From NCBI GenBank assembly GCA_903880855.1, contig CAIRQX010000103.1, positions 61,161-125,160 of the forward strand: DNA of 64,000 bases, read 5' to 3'. The notes below the pieces were generated by a model, which was not told the DNA's origin, did no database searches, and was given only the letters and a program-made list of their open reading frames with translations. This stretch comes from an uncultured Burkholderiales bacterium. Lineage in GTDB: Bacteria > Pseudomonadota > Gammaproteobacteria > Burkholderiales > Burkholderiaceae_C. The position numbers were made by a program, and so were the translations under genes. Positions 19,020 through 28,898 of the stretch are shown piece after piece (position 1 is the first letter of the stretch; each line of letters begins with the position of its first letter).

Positions 19020-19925
19020 ATGGCAACTGATAAAAAACATACCAAGGTCGGTGTGATTGGTCTTGGCATCATGGGCTCGTCTATCTCATCAAATCTACAA
19101 AAATCTGGTTTTGATGTCTACGGAGTAGATCTCAATGCCGCCACCCGTAAAAAAATGAAGCCCCTCTTGTCGCAGGTGCATGCAGACACGGCTGGCATTT
19201 TGACACATTCTCAGAAAATCATTTCTTCATTGCCGTCTACTAAAGCCTTGATGCAAACCTGCCATGCTTTGTGCGAATCTAAGTCGACGCACAAAATAAA
19301 GGGCACGCCTATCTTGGTCGAGACCAGCACCTTGCCATTGAAAGACAAACTGGCAGCGCGAGACATTTTGTTAGCAGGCGGTATCCATATGATTGATGCG
19401 CCGCTTTCGGGAACCGGTGCACAAGCCAAAACAAAAGACCTCAGCATTTATGCCAGCGGGGATGCGAAAGATGTGCGTGCTTTCAGTGCCATATTCGAGG
19501 GGTTTGCACGCACACATTATTTTGTGGGTGAGTTCGGCAATGGAATGAAAATGAAACTAGTCGCAAACCTTCTAGTCGCTATTCATAACGTATCGACTGC
19601 CGAGGCCATTTTGTTTGGCAAAAAGTTAGGACTCAACACCAAGAGCTTAGTAAGCCTGATTGGAGACGGTGCAGGTAGCTCGCGCATGTTCCAAGTACGT
19701 GGTCCGATGATGGTTGCTAAAACATGGAACCAAGCCACCATGAAAAACGAAGTCTGGCAAAAAGACATGTCCATCATTTACCAAGCCTTAGACGACCTTG
19801 ATGTGCCAGCACCGTTGTTCACGGCTTGCATACCTATCTACAAGGCGGCCATGTCACAAGGACATGCTTTGCATGACACAGCAGCTGTGTATGCAGTGCT
19901 CGAGCAAATGGCAGGCGAGAGCTGA
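19020..19925 (+). CDS. NAD(P)-dependent beta-hydroxyacid dehydrogenase family oxidoreductase
   Basis: Starting at MATDKKHTKVGVIGLGIMGSS places the GxGxxG motif at the usual distance from the N-terminus. The track ORF begins at 18966. Confidence 0.75.
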   Translation: MATDKKHTKVGVIGLGIMGSSISSNLQKSGFDVYGVDLNAATRKKMKPLLSQVHADTAGILTHSQKIISSLPSTKALMQTCHALCESKSTHKIKGTPILVETSTLPLKDKLAARDILLAGGIHMIDAPLSGTGAQAKTKDLSIYASGDAKDVRAFSAIFEGFARTHYFVGEFGNGMKMKLVANLLVAIHNVSTAEAILFGKKLGLNTKSLVSLIGDGAGSSRMFQVRGPMMVAKTWNQATMKNEVWQKDMSIIYQALDDLDVPAPLFTACIPIYKAAMSQGHALHDTAAVYAVLEQMAGES

Positions 19926-19931
19926 ACCAGC

Positions 19932-22322
19932 TTAAATTTTCCCCAAGGCTGACAACACGCGCTGCGGTGTGAAGGGTTGCACACTCACATTGGCATTGAG
20001 CGGAGCTAGTGCATCGTTGATGGCATTCATCACTGCGCCAGGGGCTCCAGCTGTGCCAGCTTCTCCAGCACCCTTAGCACCTAGCTCTGACGTTTTAGTG
20101 GGCGTTTGCACGTGGGCAATGATCATGTCGGGCATCTCGCCCGCCATCGGAACCAGATAATCTGCCATTGAACCGTTCAACAGCTGTCCTTCCTCGCTGT
20201 AGAGACATTCTTCAAACATGGCGCCACCAATACCTTGGACAATGCCACCGCGAATTTGCTCATCGACCAACATGGGGTTGATCACTGTGCCGCAGTCTTC
20301 TACGCACCAATGCTTAAGAAGTTTGACAAAACCCGTCTCGGTATCTACTTCTACATACGACGCTTGAATGCCGTTGGTGAATGTAAAGCCGTATTCGCGG
20401 GGTGTGTAGTGACGAGTCACCGTGAGCTCAGATTGGAAATCCATGGGCAAGGTGTCGGGTCTAAAGTACGCCACGCGTCCGACTTCACTAATGGGCATAT
20501 GTTCTGTGCCAGTGAGCTTATCGATCACTATGCCATTGACTAAGTCGAGAGTCGCTACGTCAATTTTCAAAATGGCAGCGGCAACATCCAAGATGTGCGA
20601 GCGCAACACCTTTCCCGCTTGTAAGACAGCTTCTCCTCCAATGCCTGCACCGCGCGATGCCCACGTGCCACCACCATAAGGCGTGACAGCTGTGTCTCCA
20701 GTGATCACACGGACATTTTCAACCTTCACGCCAACAGCAGTTGCTGCGATTTGCGTGAAGATGGCTTCAGTGCCTTGGCCTTGCTCTGTGACGCTGACCA
20801 ATACATTGACCATTCCCGCAGGATCTAGTCGAATCGTTGCGCCATCTTGTGCAGATATACGTGCACCGCCTACGCCATAAAAAGCAGGGGAGGGGTTGGT
20901 CACTTCAATCATGGCGGCAAGTCCAATGCCGCGGTAAATGCCTTTGGCGCGCAGCGCTTGCTGCTCTTTGCGCAATTCTGGGTAATCCATCAAGGCCAGT
21001 AATTTATCTAGGCACTGGTGGTGCGAAAGTTTTTCAAACTTCACGCCAGAGGGGAATGTGTAGGGATAGGCATCGTCAGAGATTAAATTTCTGCGTCTGA
21101 AATCGGCTGGATCCATGCCAATTTTTCTAGCAGCTTCATCCACTATGCCTTCGGTCACTGCCATGGCAATCGGGTGTCCCACTGCGCGGTATTGGCAAGT
21201 CACATTTTTATTGGTGAAGACAACATCTAACTTGGCTTTGTAATGCTTGTGCTTATAAGGCCCACCGGTCAAATTAACGACTTGATTGCCCTCAATGCCA
21301 CTTGTGCGCGGATAGACCGAATAAGGGCCAATACCTGTTAAGTCCACCATATCAAAGGCAATGATGTCGCCTTGTTGGGTGCAAGCCAGTTTGATTTTGA
21401 CTTTATGTTCACGTGCATGGATATCGGTCAAAAACGACTCGATGCGATCCGCTGCAAATTTCACAGGGCGTTTGAGCATGACTGCGATAGCCACGGTCGC
21501 CATTTCATCCGCATATACGTGAACTTTGATGCCAAATGATCCACCAACATCTTTACAGATGACGCGCACATTCGATTCAGGGATATTCAAGTGGCGTGAA
21601 AAGATATCTTGCATCATATTGGGCGCTTGCGTGCCCTGATACACAGTCAGCATGTTGTCGGCGGGGTTGTAGTCCGCCAAAACGCCACGCGGCTCGTTGG
21701 TTACGCCAGTGTGTCGACTGAACTCATACACTTTTTCCACGACGACGTCGGCTTTTGAAAAGGCATCTTCAAATCCATCGGTCACCAATTCACGGTTAAA
21801 GCACTTGTTGTCACCCAAATCGGGGTGGATGACGACTTTGCCGTCTAATGAAGCTTGCATATCTGTCACGGCAGGCAACACATCCCAATCCGCCACCACG
21901 TGGTCTAAAGCGTCTTCCGCCTGCCTGCGGGTTTGTGCAACGATGGCCGCAACGGCTTCGCCTTGCCAACACGCTCTCTCAGGCGCTATGGCGTATTGCG
22001 GGGCAGAACGGATGCCCTTGAGGTGTCCTAAAACGCCGACCCATGGCGTACAAAACTGGGCTACATCATGGCCATCAAAGACCGCGACTACGCCGGGTTG
22101 TTTGCGCGCCTGAGACAAATCTAAATGTTTGATGCGGGCGTGGGCGTGGGGACTTCTAAAGTACACCACATGCACCAATCGCGGTAAGCGTATGTCGTCT
22201 AAATACGTACCACGGCCTTCAAGCAGTTTTTTTGCGCCCGAGCGTGGAACACTTTGCCCGACATAGTTGTTCTGAACGGTGACCGTTTCAGGCTGAATAG
22301 GAAGTTCATTACGCGCATTCAT
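19932..22322 (-). CDS. Xanthine dehydrogenase family molybdopterin-binding large subunit (CoxL-like, not a true CO dehydrogenase)
   Basis: 796 aa and third gene of an M-S-L operon. The loop reads VTCQYRAVGHP rather than the AYRCSFR signature of form I CODH. Confidence 0.85.
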   Translation of the reverse strand: MNARNELPIQPETVTVQNNYVGQSVPRSGAKKLLEGRGTYLDDIRLPRLVHVVYFRSPHAHARIKHLDLSQARKQPGVVAVFDGHDVAQFCTPWVGVLGHLKGIRSAPQYAIAPERACWQGEAVAAIVAQTRRQAEDALDHVVADWDVLPAVTDMQASLDGKVVIHPDLGDNKCFNRELVTDGFEDAFSKADVVVEKVYEFSRHTGVTNEPRGVLADYNPADNMLTVYQGTQAPNMMQDIFSRHLNIPESNVRVICKDVGGSFGIKVHVYADEMATVAIAVMLKRPVKFAADRIESFLTDIHAREHKVKIKLACTQQGDIIAFDMVDLTGIGPYSVYPRTSGIEGNQVVNLTGGPYKHKHYKAKLDVVFTNKNVTCQYRAVGHPIAMAVTEGIVDEAARKIGMDPADFRRRNLISDDAYPYTFPSGVKFEKLSHHQCLDKLLALMDYPELRKEQQALRAKGIYRGIGLAAMIEVTNPSPAFYGVGGARISAQDGATIRLDPAGMVNVLVSVTEQGQGTEAIFTQIAATAVGVKVENVRVITGDTAVTPYGGGTWASRGAGIGGEAVLQAGKVLRSHILDVAAAILKIDVATLDLVNGIVIDKLTGTEHMPISEVGRVAYFRPDTLPMDFQSELTVTRHYTPREYGFTFTNGIQASYVEVDTETGFVKLLKHWCVEDCGTVINPMLVDEQIRGGIVQGIGGAMFEECLYSEEGQLLNGSMADYLVPMAGEMPDMIIAHVQTPTKTSELGAKGAGEAGTAGAPGAVMNAINDALAPLNANVSVQPFTPQRVLSALGKI

Positions 22323-22828
22323 GCTTTTACTCCTGACTGAGTAGAAGAGGACGATTTATTGGCATGCAAGACTGTTTCGATCGCATCGACAATGGCCTGG
22401 TAGCCAGTGCATCTGCAATAGTTACCCGAAATTAATTCCTTGATCTCATCGCGTGATGCATTTTTGTGATGCTTGGTGATGTCTAGAGCCGTCAAAAGCA
22501 TTCCCGCAGAGCAAAAGCCGCATTGGAAGGCGTTGTGCTTCAAAAATGCCGCTTGCAATTGTTGTAGTTCGCGACTCTCTGACAGTCCTTCAATTGTTTG
22601 GACATTTTTTCCGTCCACTTGAACTGCCAAGGTCAAGCAACCGCGAACGACTTGGCCATCGACCATGACTTGGCAAGCACCACAAACCCCATGTTCGCAC
22701 CCCAGATGTGATCCAGTGAGGCCCATTTCTTCGCGCAAATAATCGACCAGATGCATTCGCACAGGCACCTGTGCATCGACCGATTCGCCATTCACAGTAA
22801 ATTGGGCATGCATACAACGATCAGACAT
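22319..22828 (-). CDS. (2Fe-2S)-binding small subunit (CoxS-like)
   Basis: 169 aa. Cysteine clusters CEHGVCGACQV and CGFCSAGM...CRCTGY. 4-nt overlap with the large-subunit gene. Confidence 0.9.
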   Translation of the reverse strand: MSDRCMHAQFTVNGESVDAQVPVRMHLVDYLREEMGLTGSHLGCEHGVCGACQVMVDGQVVRGCLTLAVQVDGKNVQTIEGLSESRELQQLQAAFLKHNAFQCGFCSAGMLLTALDITKHHKNASRDEIKELISGNYCRCTGYQAIVDAIETVLHANKSSSSTQSGVKA

Positions 22829-23684
22829 GGGACTCTCCTGCTTGTGTCAAGGCCCTGGATAAAAGGACCCGCGCTAGATGTTTTTTGGTCGATGCGTTGG
22901 CTTGCAAATCGCCTGGCGGATCTAGGTCTGTGTCTAAGGCATTTTGAGCTAACAAAATACTTTCAGGATGGATGTGTTGACCCGTTAACGCTTTCATCGC
23001 ATTGGGCGCCAGGACAGGTTTGTCGTCCATCGCCATGAAAGACAAAGCACATTCACGGATGGTTTTGCCATCCATCGTGAGAGCAACTGCAAGCCCCACC
23101 ATGGCGTAATCACCTTTCCGTCTGGCTAACTCTAGAAATACAAATCTATGGTTGCTTGTGGCTAGAGGAAATTCGACTGCTACGAGAACCTCTTCAGATT
23201 GAACGGCAGTTCGGTACAGACTGAGAAAAAAGTCATGCGCCTTGACGCGCCTTTCGCCTTTAGAACTTTGAATAATCAAGGTGGCATTCAATGCCAAGGC
23301 AACAGCAGGGTATTCGGCAGCTGGATCGCCCAAGGCAAGGCTGCCACCGATAGTGCCTTTATTGCGTATCGCCAAATGCGCAACATAAGGGACAGCTTGT
23401 GCCAGAAGTGGCACATGCAGTTTCACCAGATCTGAATTGAGAATCTCGTTGTGCGTAGTCAATGCACCAATACGCAGAGCACTGCTTAATTTTTCGATCC
23501 CTTTCATAGAGTCGATGCCACTGATATCGATCAATATCTGTGGGTTAGCCATACGCAGATTCAACATGGCCAGCAAACTTTGGCCACCAGCCAAAATCTG
23601 CGCGGAGTCTTTGTAAGTATGTAAGGACGCAAAAACGTCCTCTATATTTTTAGCCTTTACGTAATCAAAGTCAGGGGACTTCAT
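22821..23684 (-). CDS. FAD-binding medium subunit (CoxM-like)
   Basis: 287 aa. ILAGGQSLLAML FAD-binding motif. 8-nt overlap with the small-subunit gene. Confidence 0.85.
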   Translation of the reverse strand: MKSPDFDYVKAKNIEDVFASLHTYKDSAQILAGGQSLLAMLNLRMANPQILIDISGIDSMKGIEKLSSALRIGALTTHNEILNSDLVKLHVPLLAQAVPYVAHLAIRNKGTIGGSLALGDPAAEYPAVALALNATLIIQSSKGERRVKAHDFFLSLYRTAVQSEEVLVAVEFPLATSNHRFVFLELARRKGDYAMVGLAVALTMDGKTIRECALSFMAMDDKPVLAPNAMKALTGQHIHPESILLAQNALDTDLDPPGDLQANASTKKHLARVLLSRALTQAGESHV

Positions 23685-23739
23685 CTCAAACTCCTCTATA
23701 CAAAAACGTTAGCGAAGCTAAAAGGCTCAATAGCTGGGC

Positions 23740-24468
23740 TCAGATGCCTAGGTAGTAGCTCTTCACCAGATCATTGTTCATCAGCGTATCTACATCGCCT
23801 TTGAAAACAATTTCGCCATGGACGATGATGTGACCAAAGTCAGCAATACGCATGGCTTGTTTAAAGTTTTGCTCCGCCATCAAAACAGTGAGGTTGTAGC
23901 GGTCTTTGAGTTCTTTTAACTTGGTAATGGTTTGCGATACCAATAAGGGTGAAAGACCTACAGAGGGCTCATCAACTAAAAGCAAACGCGGGGATGACAT
24001 CAAAGCGCGGGCAATTGCCAACATTTGTTGTTGTCCACCTGACATCGATCCAGCCAATTGGCTACGTCGTTCTTTAAGCAAAGGGAAAGCCTCAAAGCAG
24101 AAAGCCAAATTTTCAGGAATTTTGGGTCTAGAAGATTCTCTGAATGCACCTAGCAATAAGTTTTCTTCTACCGTTAACTTAGGAAACAACCTGCGTCCCT
24201 CGGGAATCAAAGCGACACCAAGATTGACGATTTCTTCAGTAGACAGTTGGGTTAAGTCGTGTGTGTCACCGTCAATTTCCAAGCGGATGGAACCTTTGTC
24301 AGGCTTGACCATGCCCATCACGCATTTCATCAATGTGCTTTTGCCATTTCCGTTGGTTCCCAGAAGGGCGACTGTTTGTCCGTTGTCTATGCTGAGTGAT
24401 ACGCCATGCAAAGCGCGCACAGCGCCATAGCCAGCATCGATATCTTCAATGATGAGCTTAATCGCCAA
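23740..24468 (-). CDS. ABC transporter ATP-binding protein (LivF-like)
   Basis: Walker A GTNGNGKST, signature MSGGQQQM, Walker B LLLVDEP. The TTG at 24468 gives MAIKLIIEDIDAGYG and an 11-nt overlap with the upstream stop. The track ORF extends to 24540. Confidence 0.8.
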   Translation of the reverse strand: MAIKLIIEDIDAGYGAVRALHGVSLSIDNGQTVALLGTNGNGKSTLMKCVMGMVKPDKGSIRLEIDGDTHDLTQLSTEEIVNLGVALIPEGRRLFPKLTVEENLLLGAFRESSRPKIPENLAFCFEAFPLLKERRSQLAGSMSGGQQQMLAIARALMSSPRLLLVDEPSVGLSPLLVSQTITKLKELKDRYNLTVLMAEQNFKQAMRIADFGHIIVHGEIVFKGDVDTLMNNDLVKSYYLGI

Positions 24469-25174
24469 GGTAGGCCCTCTGTACTTCTGGATTTTTAACA
24501 ATGGTTTCTGGAGTGCCTTCGCAAATAATCTTGCCAGCATCCAAACACACGACGCGTTGTGAAAACTTCATGACGGCTTGCATGATGTGCTCGATCATGA
24601 TGATGGTGATACCAAGTTTATTTAAGTCGAACAAGATTTCTAGAACTTCGTCTACCTCGGTGCCAGCTAAACCAGCCATTGCCTCGTCAGAAATTAGTAA
24701 TTTTGGTTTCGCAGCCATGGCACGAGCCAATTCCATTTTCCGTAATTCGACTTGAGAAAGCTGGTTGGACTGAACAAAAGCTTTATCTGCTAAGCCCATA
24801 CCTTGCAAAATATCCATGGCTTCTTTTTGTTGCACGGGCCCATCCTTGCCACCTACAAATGCAAAAGGAACTAGCAAGTTCTCCATCACAGTCATACTGC
24901 TGAAGGGACGTGGAATTTGGAAGCTACGCGCAATTCCGCGCTTTGTTCTCTCGTGTGCCTTAAGCGTTGTGATGTCCCCTCCATCAAAACGAATTGATCC
25001 TTGGTAATCGGTGAAGGCGCCTGATATGCAATTGATTAATGTAGTTTTTCCAGAGCCATTAGGGCCAATCAAGCCTAATCGTTCGCCTTTAAGGACCCGC
25101 AAATTCACATCTGAGAGAGCAGTAAACCCTCCAAATTGCTTGATGACGTTGTTTACTTCGAGGATTGTTTCCAT
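24458..25174 (-). CDS. ABC transporter ATP-binding protein (LivG-like)
   Basis: 238 aa. Walker A GPNGSGKTT, Walker B LLISDEA. Confidence 0.9.
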   Translation of the reverse strand: METILEVNNVIKQFGGFTALSDVNLRVLKGERLGLIGPNGSGKTTLINCISGAFTDYQGSIRFDGGDITTLKAHERTKRGIARSFQIPRPFSSMTVMENLLVPFAFVGGKDGPVQQKEAMDILQGMGLADKAFVQSNQLSQVELRKMELARAMAAKPKLLISDEAMAGLAGTEVDEVLEILFDLNKLGITIIMIEHIMQAVMKFSQRVVCLDAGKIICEGTPETIVKNPEVQRAYLGD

Positions 25175-26088
25175 CTTTTAATCAATCCTAATATGCCTTC
25201 TGGGGCAATGACTACAAATAAAACCAGCAAAACACCAACAATCAAAACATTTAATTCATTAGAAACTGTAACAGTTACGATTTGCTGAAGCGTTGCTAAA
25301 AGTAATGCGCCTATGACAGGACCAATCCAGTGAGAAGTGCCACCAATGATAGGCATACCTAAGGCGTAAATGGAATAACTCAGGTTAAAAGTTGATGAAG
25401 GCTCGATATAGCTCAAGTACATGGGCATCGGCGCACCTGCAATACCCATTAGCGCGCCAGAAATAGTGCAAGCAATTAATTTAATCTTTAAGGTAGGAAC
25501 GCCTGAACACTCTGCGGCCTCCTCTGAGTCACGAACTGCACGCAATCCGCGTCCTAAAAAAGAGTCTTGTACATAGCGGGCAATAGCTACTGAAATAACA
25601 GCTAAGACTGCCATAACAAAAAACAACATACGCACGTAGCTATCAAAAAACCACAGGTCTGGCGGGCGCGTAAGTTGCAAGCCAGTTGCCCCACCTACAT
25701 AACGCCAATTATTTACAACTGTTTCTAAAATAAATACAACCGCGACAGTGGCAATGGAGAAAAATATACCGCGCAATTTAAGTGTCAGTAGACCAACGCC
25801 CAACCCGAGCGCACCCGCCAATATTCCTCCGCCAAGGATTTGAACTAGTAAAGGGGCAGAAATTGATTTAAACAAAACAACGGCTGTGTAAGCACCAACT
25901 GCAATAAAAGCTGGCACGCCAAAGTTCACATAGCCAGCGTATCCACCCAAAATGTTCCATGCAGTCGCAAGGACTACAAATTGTAGAACCACAAAACCAG
26001 CAAAGAAAACGTATTCATTGACTCCACCCATAACGGACAAACCCAATAAACCCAAAAGTAATAAAGAGCTATAAACAGCAAATTTCAT
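25153..26088 (-). CDS. Branched-chain amino acid-type ABC permease (LivM-like)
   Basis: Polytopic membrane protein. The start at MKFAVYSSLLLLG (26088) lies 5 nt after the upstream stop. The track ORF start at 26169 overlaps the LivH-like gene. Confidence 0.8.
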   Translation of the reverse strand: MKFAVYSSLLLLGLLGLSVMGGVNEYVFFAGFVVLQFVVLATAWNILGGYAGYVNFGVPAFIAVGAYTAVVLFKSISAPLLVQILGGGILAGALGLGVGLLTLKLRGIFFSIATVAVVFILETVVNNWRYVGGATGLQLTRPPDLWFFDSYVRMLFFVMAVLAVISVAIARYVQDSFLGRGLRAVRDSEEAAECSGVPTLKIKLIACTISGALMGIAGAPMPMYLSYIEPSSTFNLSYSIYALGMPIIGGTSHWIGPVIGALLLATLQQIVTVTVSNELNVLIVGVLLVLFVVIAPEGILGLIKRWKQSSK

Positions 26089-26093
26089 TTTGG

Positions 26094-26966
26094 TTATCTT
26101 CCAAAAAGACCCTGGGGCCGAATACCCAGCATCAAAAGTAGTAACCCAAATGAAACCGCAGGAGCCCAAGAAGCGCCAAAGGTCATCATCACAATAGATT
26201 CAGTGATTCCAAGCACGAGACCTGCTACCAATGTGCCGCTCATGCTACCTAATCCTGCTAAAACAACAACGCAAAAGGTTCGGCCGATATAAATACGGTC
26301 CATGGCAGGCTCAACAGGACCAACAATGATCAGCATTGCTCCCGCAATTGCATTGACTGATGTGGCTATACCAAAAGCTATTTGTTTAATTTTGACTGGA
26401 TTGGCACCCATTAATCGCAAAGCGCCCTCATCTTGCCCAACAGCTTTGATTGCACGTCCGGTGAATGTTTTGGAGAAATAGATTGTCAACACAAAGGTCA
26501 AAGTAAGCGCGATACCAAAGGCTACTAGCATGCGATACGGGAAACGATAATCACCGATTTCTAAGCTACTTCCTATATAGCTAGCTGCAACTGTACGTTG
26601 ATCAACACCGAAAACCAAAATCAAACAGACTTCAATGATGAAGGCCATTCCAAAGAAGAAGGCTAGGCCACGCACGCCAGTATCAGTGCTTCTTTTTTCA
26701 AATGTTTCATAGTAGAAACGGTAAAAACCAATGCCGATGAGATAGAAGACTGGCATCAAAAGCACACCACACATAATTGGGTCCATACCTGTTTTGCAAA
26801 GCAAAAAAGTGAAATAAGAACCTAATATTAATAGTGCAGGATGCGCAACATAGGGAACATCCAGCAACCCAAATGCCACGGATAGTCCGAGACTTACCGC
26901 AGCATAAAAGCAGCCAAGTAATATCCCGAAAAGCGTAGCTTCAAAAATTAAATCAACAGAAAACAT
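26094..26966 (-). CDS. Branched-chain amino acid-type ABC permease (LivH-like)
   Basis: 290-aa polytopic membrane protein ending in the LivH-like tail RPQGLFGR. The plus-strand paralog ends KPQGLFGR. Confidence 0.85.
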   Translation of the reverse strand: MFSVDLIFEATLFGILLGCFYAAVSLGLSVAFGLLDVPYVAHPALLILGSYFTFLLCKTGMDPIMCGVLLMPVFYLIGIGFYRFYYETFEKRSTDTGVRGLAFFFGMAFIIEVCLILVFGVDQRTVAASYIGSSLEIGDYRFPYRMLVAFGIALTLTFVLTIYFSKTFTGRAIKAVGQDEGALRLMGANPVKIKQIAFGIATSVNAIAGAMLIIVGPVEPAMDRIYIGRTFCVVVLAGLGSMSGTLVAGLVLGITESIVMMTFGASWAPAVSFGLLLLMLGIRPQGLFGR

Positions 26967-26986
26967 TGGAAATTATTTTGATAAAA

Positions 26987-27013
26987 GATGGGGCTCTGAA
27001 AAAGAGCCCCATC
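26987..27013 (-). terminator. Intra-operon hairpin / partial intrinsic terminator between the binding-protein and permease genes
   Basis: Perfect 11-bp stem GATGGGGCTCT / AGAGCCCCATC with a 5-nt loop. On the minus strand it is followed by TTTTAT. Confidence 0.55.
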
Positions 27014-27039
27014 AAAGGGAAGAGTTCTGAAAAAGTAGA

Positions 27040-28296
27040 TTAAGTGGCTTTTCTGGCTTTATCAAAAGGTGTAATTATGTCGCCTTGTTTTTCGGCTGCT
27101 GGCCATATGACTACTTGCTTGCCAGGTGATCTAAATTGATCCCAGTCGTTATCTTTAATATTTCTAAATTGGGCTTGCACTAAAGCAGGTTTGGCACGTT
27201 CTCCGTTTTTATCAAAACTAATGGGCCCCACAATGGTTTTCATTTCGTTTTTGCGCAGATAGTCAGCTAACTTCTTGTGATCAAGAGATTTGGTTGCATT
27301 TACCGCTTGCTCGATCATTTGCCCAGTCGCGTAGTTATAAGGGGCCAAGTAGTAGCCTAACTGATCAACTTTGGCAACAAGCGCGCGCTCTGTGTAACGT
27401 TTGAGAAAATCTTCAATTCCGGCGTATTTCATACCCGGTACGTAAGAGTTGTAGTTCACCACCCCATTCAGAAGGCTTCCAAGACCTTGCATAACAGGCC
27501 CGAATTGCAATCCGACCATGCCGCCACCAAATATTTGGACTTGTGGGCCAAGACCAATTTCATTGACTGAGCGCATGATAGCTACAGATTCATTGGGGTA
27601 GCAAGCGACAAAAACTGCTTCTGCTTTGGAGGCTCTTACAGACCGAATAATAGAAGAGAAGTCAGTGTTATTGCCTGGATAGTTTTGGTCATAGACAACA
27701 TTCCAACCAGTGGTTTTGATTAAATCACGGGCACCGTTAGCAAGGTTTTGTTGAAACTCACCTTCGGCGGCAAAAATGGCTATGGTTTTTGCACCAGCGT
27801 TTTTGCCAGCTTCTAGGAATCCAGTAGACCAGCTCTTTGCATCGCCCCATGGTGCATTGTTAAACCACATATCGTGTTGAACTTTTGCATTGACTTGGAA
27901 TGAGAAATTTCCCATCAGCAAAAGACCACGTTCTTTAACCATAGGCATGATGGGCGCCGTAACGTTAGTGGCATACGGGGCTATCAATAAATCAACTTTG
28001 TCTACATCAATTAGTTTTGTATAGATTCCAGGAGTGTTAGCGCCATTGCTTTGGTCGTCATAGACGATAAGTTCAACTTTTCGGCCCAATAATCCGCCTT
28101 TAGCGTTGATGTCTTCTATCCATAAGCGCAATCCGATGAGTGCGGCTTGTCCGCCAGCACCCAAGCCGCCTGTTTGTGGCATGCTCATTCCGATTTTGAC
28201 GGGAGCACCTTGCGCAAAAGCCATACCGGAAGGCAAGCTTGAAGCCAATAAACCAGCACCACCCGCACCGATAACCTTACGACGCATCTTGTCCAT
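27040..28296 (-). CDS. ABC transporter substrate-binding protein (Leu/Ile/Val-binding family)
   Basis: 418 aa. Signal peptide MDKMRRKVIGAGGAGLLASSLPSGMAFA. First gene of the minus-strand livKHMGF-like operon. Confidence 0.85.
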   Translation of the reverse strand: MDKMRRKVIGAGGAGLLASSLPSGMAFAQGAPVKIGMSMPQTGGLGAGGQAALIGLRLWIEDINAKGGLLGRKVELIVYDDQSNGANTPGIYTKLIDVDKVDLLIAPYATNVTAPIMPMVKERGLLLMGNFSFQVNAKVQHDMWFNNAPWGDAKSWSTGFLEAGKNAGAKTIAIFAAEGEFQQNLANGARDLIKTTGWNVVYDQNYPGNNTDFSSIIRSVRASKAEAVFVACYPNESVAIMRSVNEIGLGPQVQIFGGGMVGLQFGPVMQGLGSLLNGVVNYNSYVPGMKYAGIEDFLKRYTERALVAKVDQLGYYLAPYNYATGQMIEQAVNATKSLDHKKLADYLRKNEMKTIVGPISFDKNGERAKPALVQAQFRNIKDNDWDQFRSPGKQVVIWPAAEKQGDIITPFDKARKAT

Positions 28297-28400
28297 GAAA
28301 GTCTCCTATATCAATAATTAACTACAGGAGGAATCCTAAGAGCAAGATTGAACTCGGCTATCAGCTATTACCCTAGTGTTGTCGACTAAGCGATAGGGTG

Positions 28401-28880
28401 TTAACTTGAGATGACACTCACGCGTTCCATCTTGGAATAGTCTTCACCTTCCCACTTTGGGGCATTTTCAGCAGTAATATTGAAAAAATTAAGTTCAATC
28501 ATGACCCCATTGGGATCAGTGATAAACAATTGGTAAAGATTGGACTCTGGAAAGTAACGGGGTCTGAATTTAATTTTGTTTTTAACAAATTTTTCAATAA
28601 AGCCTGTGGGTTCTTCCGCTAGGAAAGCCACATGGTCAATCACCCCTGTTTGGCCGTTTACCGCATCTTCCGGTGTGCCGATGTAATACTTTTCTCTATT
28701 TGGAATGTTGGACGGCCCCATATGCACTTGGATGGAGCCGTTGATGCCCATCCAATAGCCTGGAAAGGGGAAATCAGGCCGAGGCATCACTTCAAAACCT
28801 AGCATTTCTTGGAAGAAGGTTTTGGTTAATTCGAGGTCATGGGCTCGAATGAAAAAATGGTTGAGCGAGTGAATAGGCAT
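28401..28880 (-). CDS. VOC (glyoxalase/bleomycin resistance/extradiol dioxygenase) family protein
   Basis: 159 aa. The N-terminus LNHFFIRAHDLELTKTFFQEMLGFEV and an internal IDHVAF are typical of paired beta-alpha-beta-beta-beta modules. Confidence 0.65.
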   Translation of the reverse strand: MPIHSLNHFFIRAHDLELTKTFFQEMLGFEVMPRPDFPFPGYWMGINGSIQVHMGPSNIPNREKYYIGTPEDAVNGQTGVIDHVAFLAEEPTGFIEKFVKNKIKFRPRYFPESNLYQLFITDPNGVMIELNFFNITAENAPKWEGEDYSKMERVSVISS

Positions 28881-28898
28881 GGTTGAAATCCTTAAGAT

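Noticed and set aside
19932-23684. Aerobic carbon monoxide dehydrogenase (coxMSL)
   Set aside because: The large subunit lacks the AYRCSFR (and AYRGAGR-type) active-site loop, reading VTCQYRAVGHP instead. No coxDEFG accessory genes are present, and the context is organic-substrate import.
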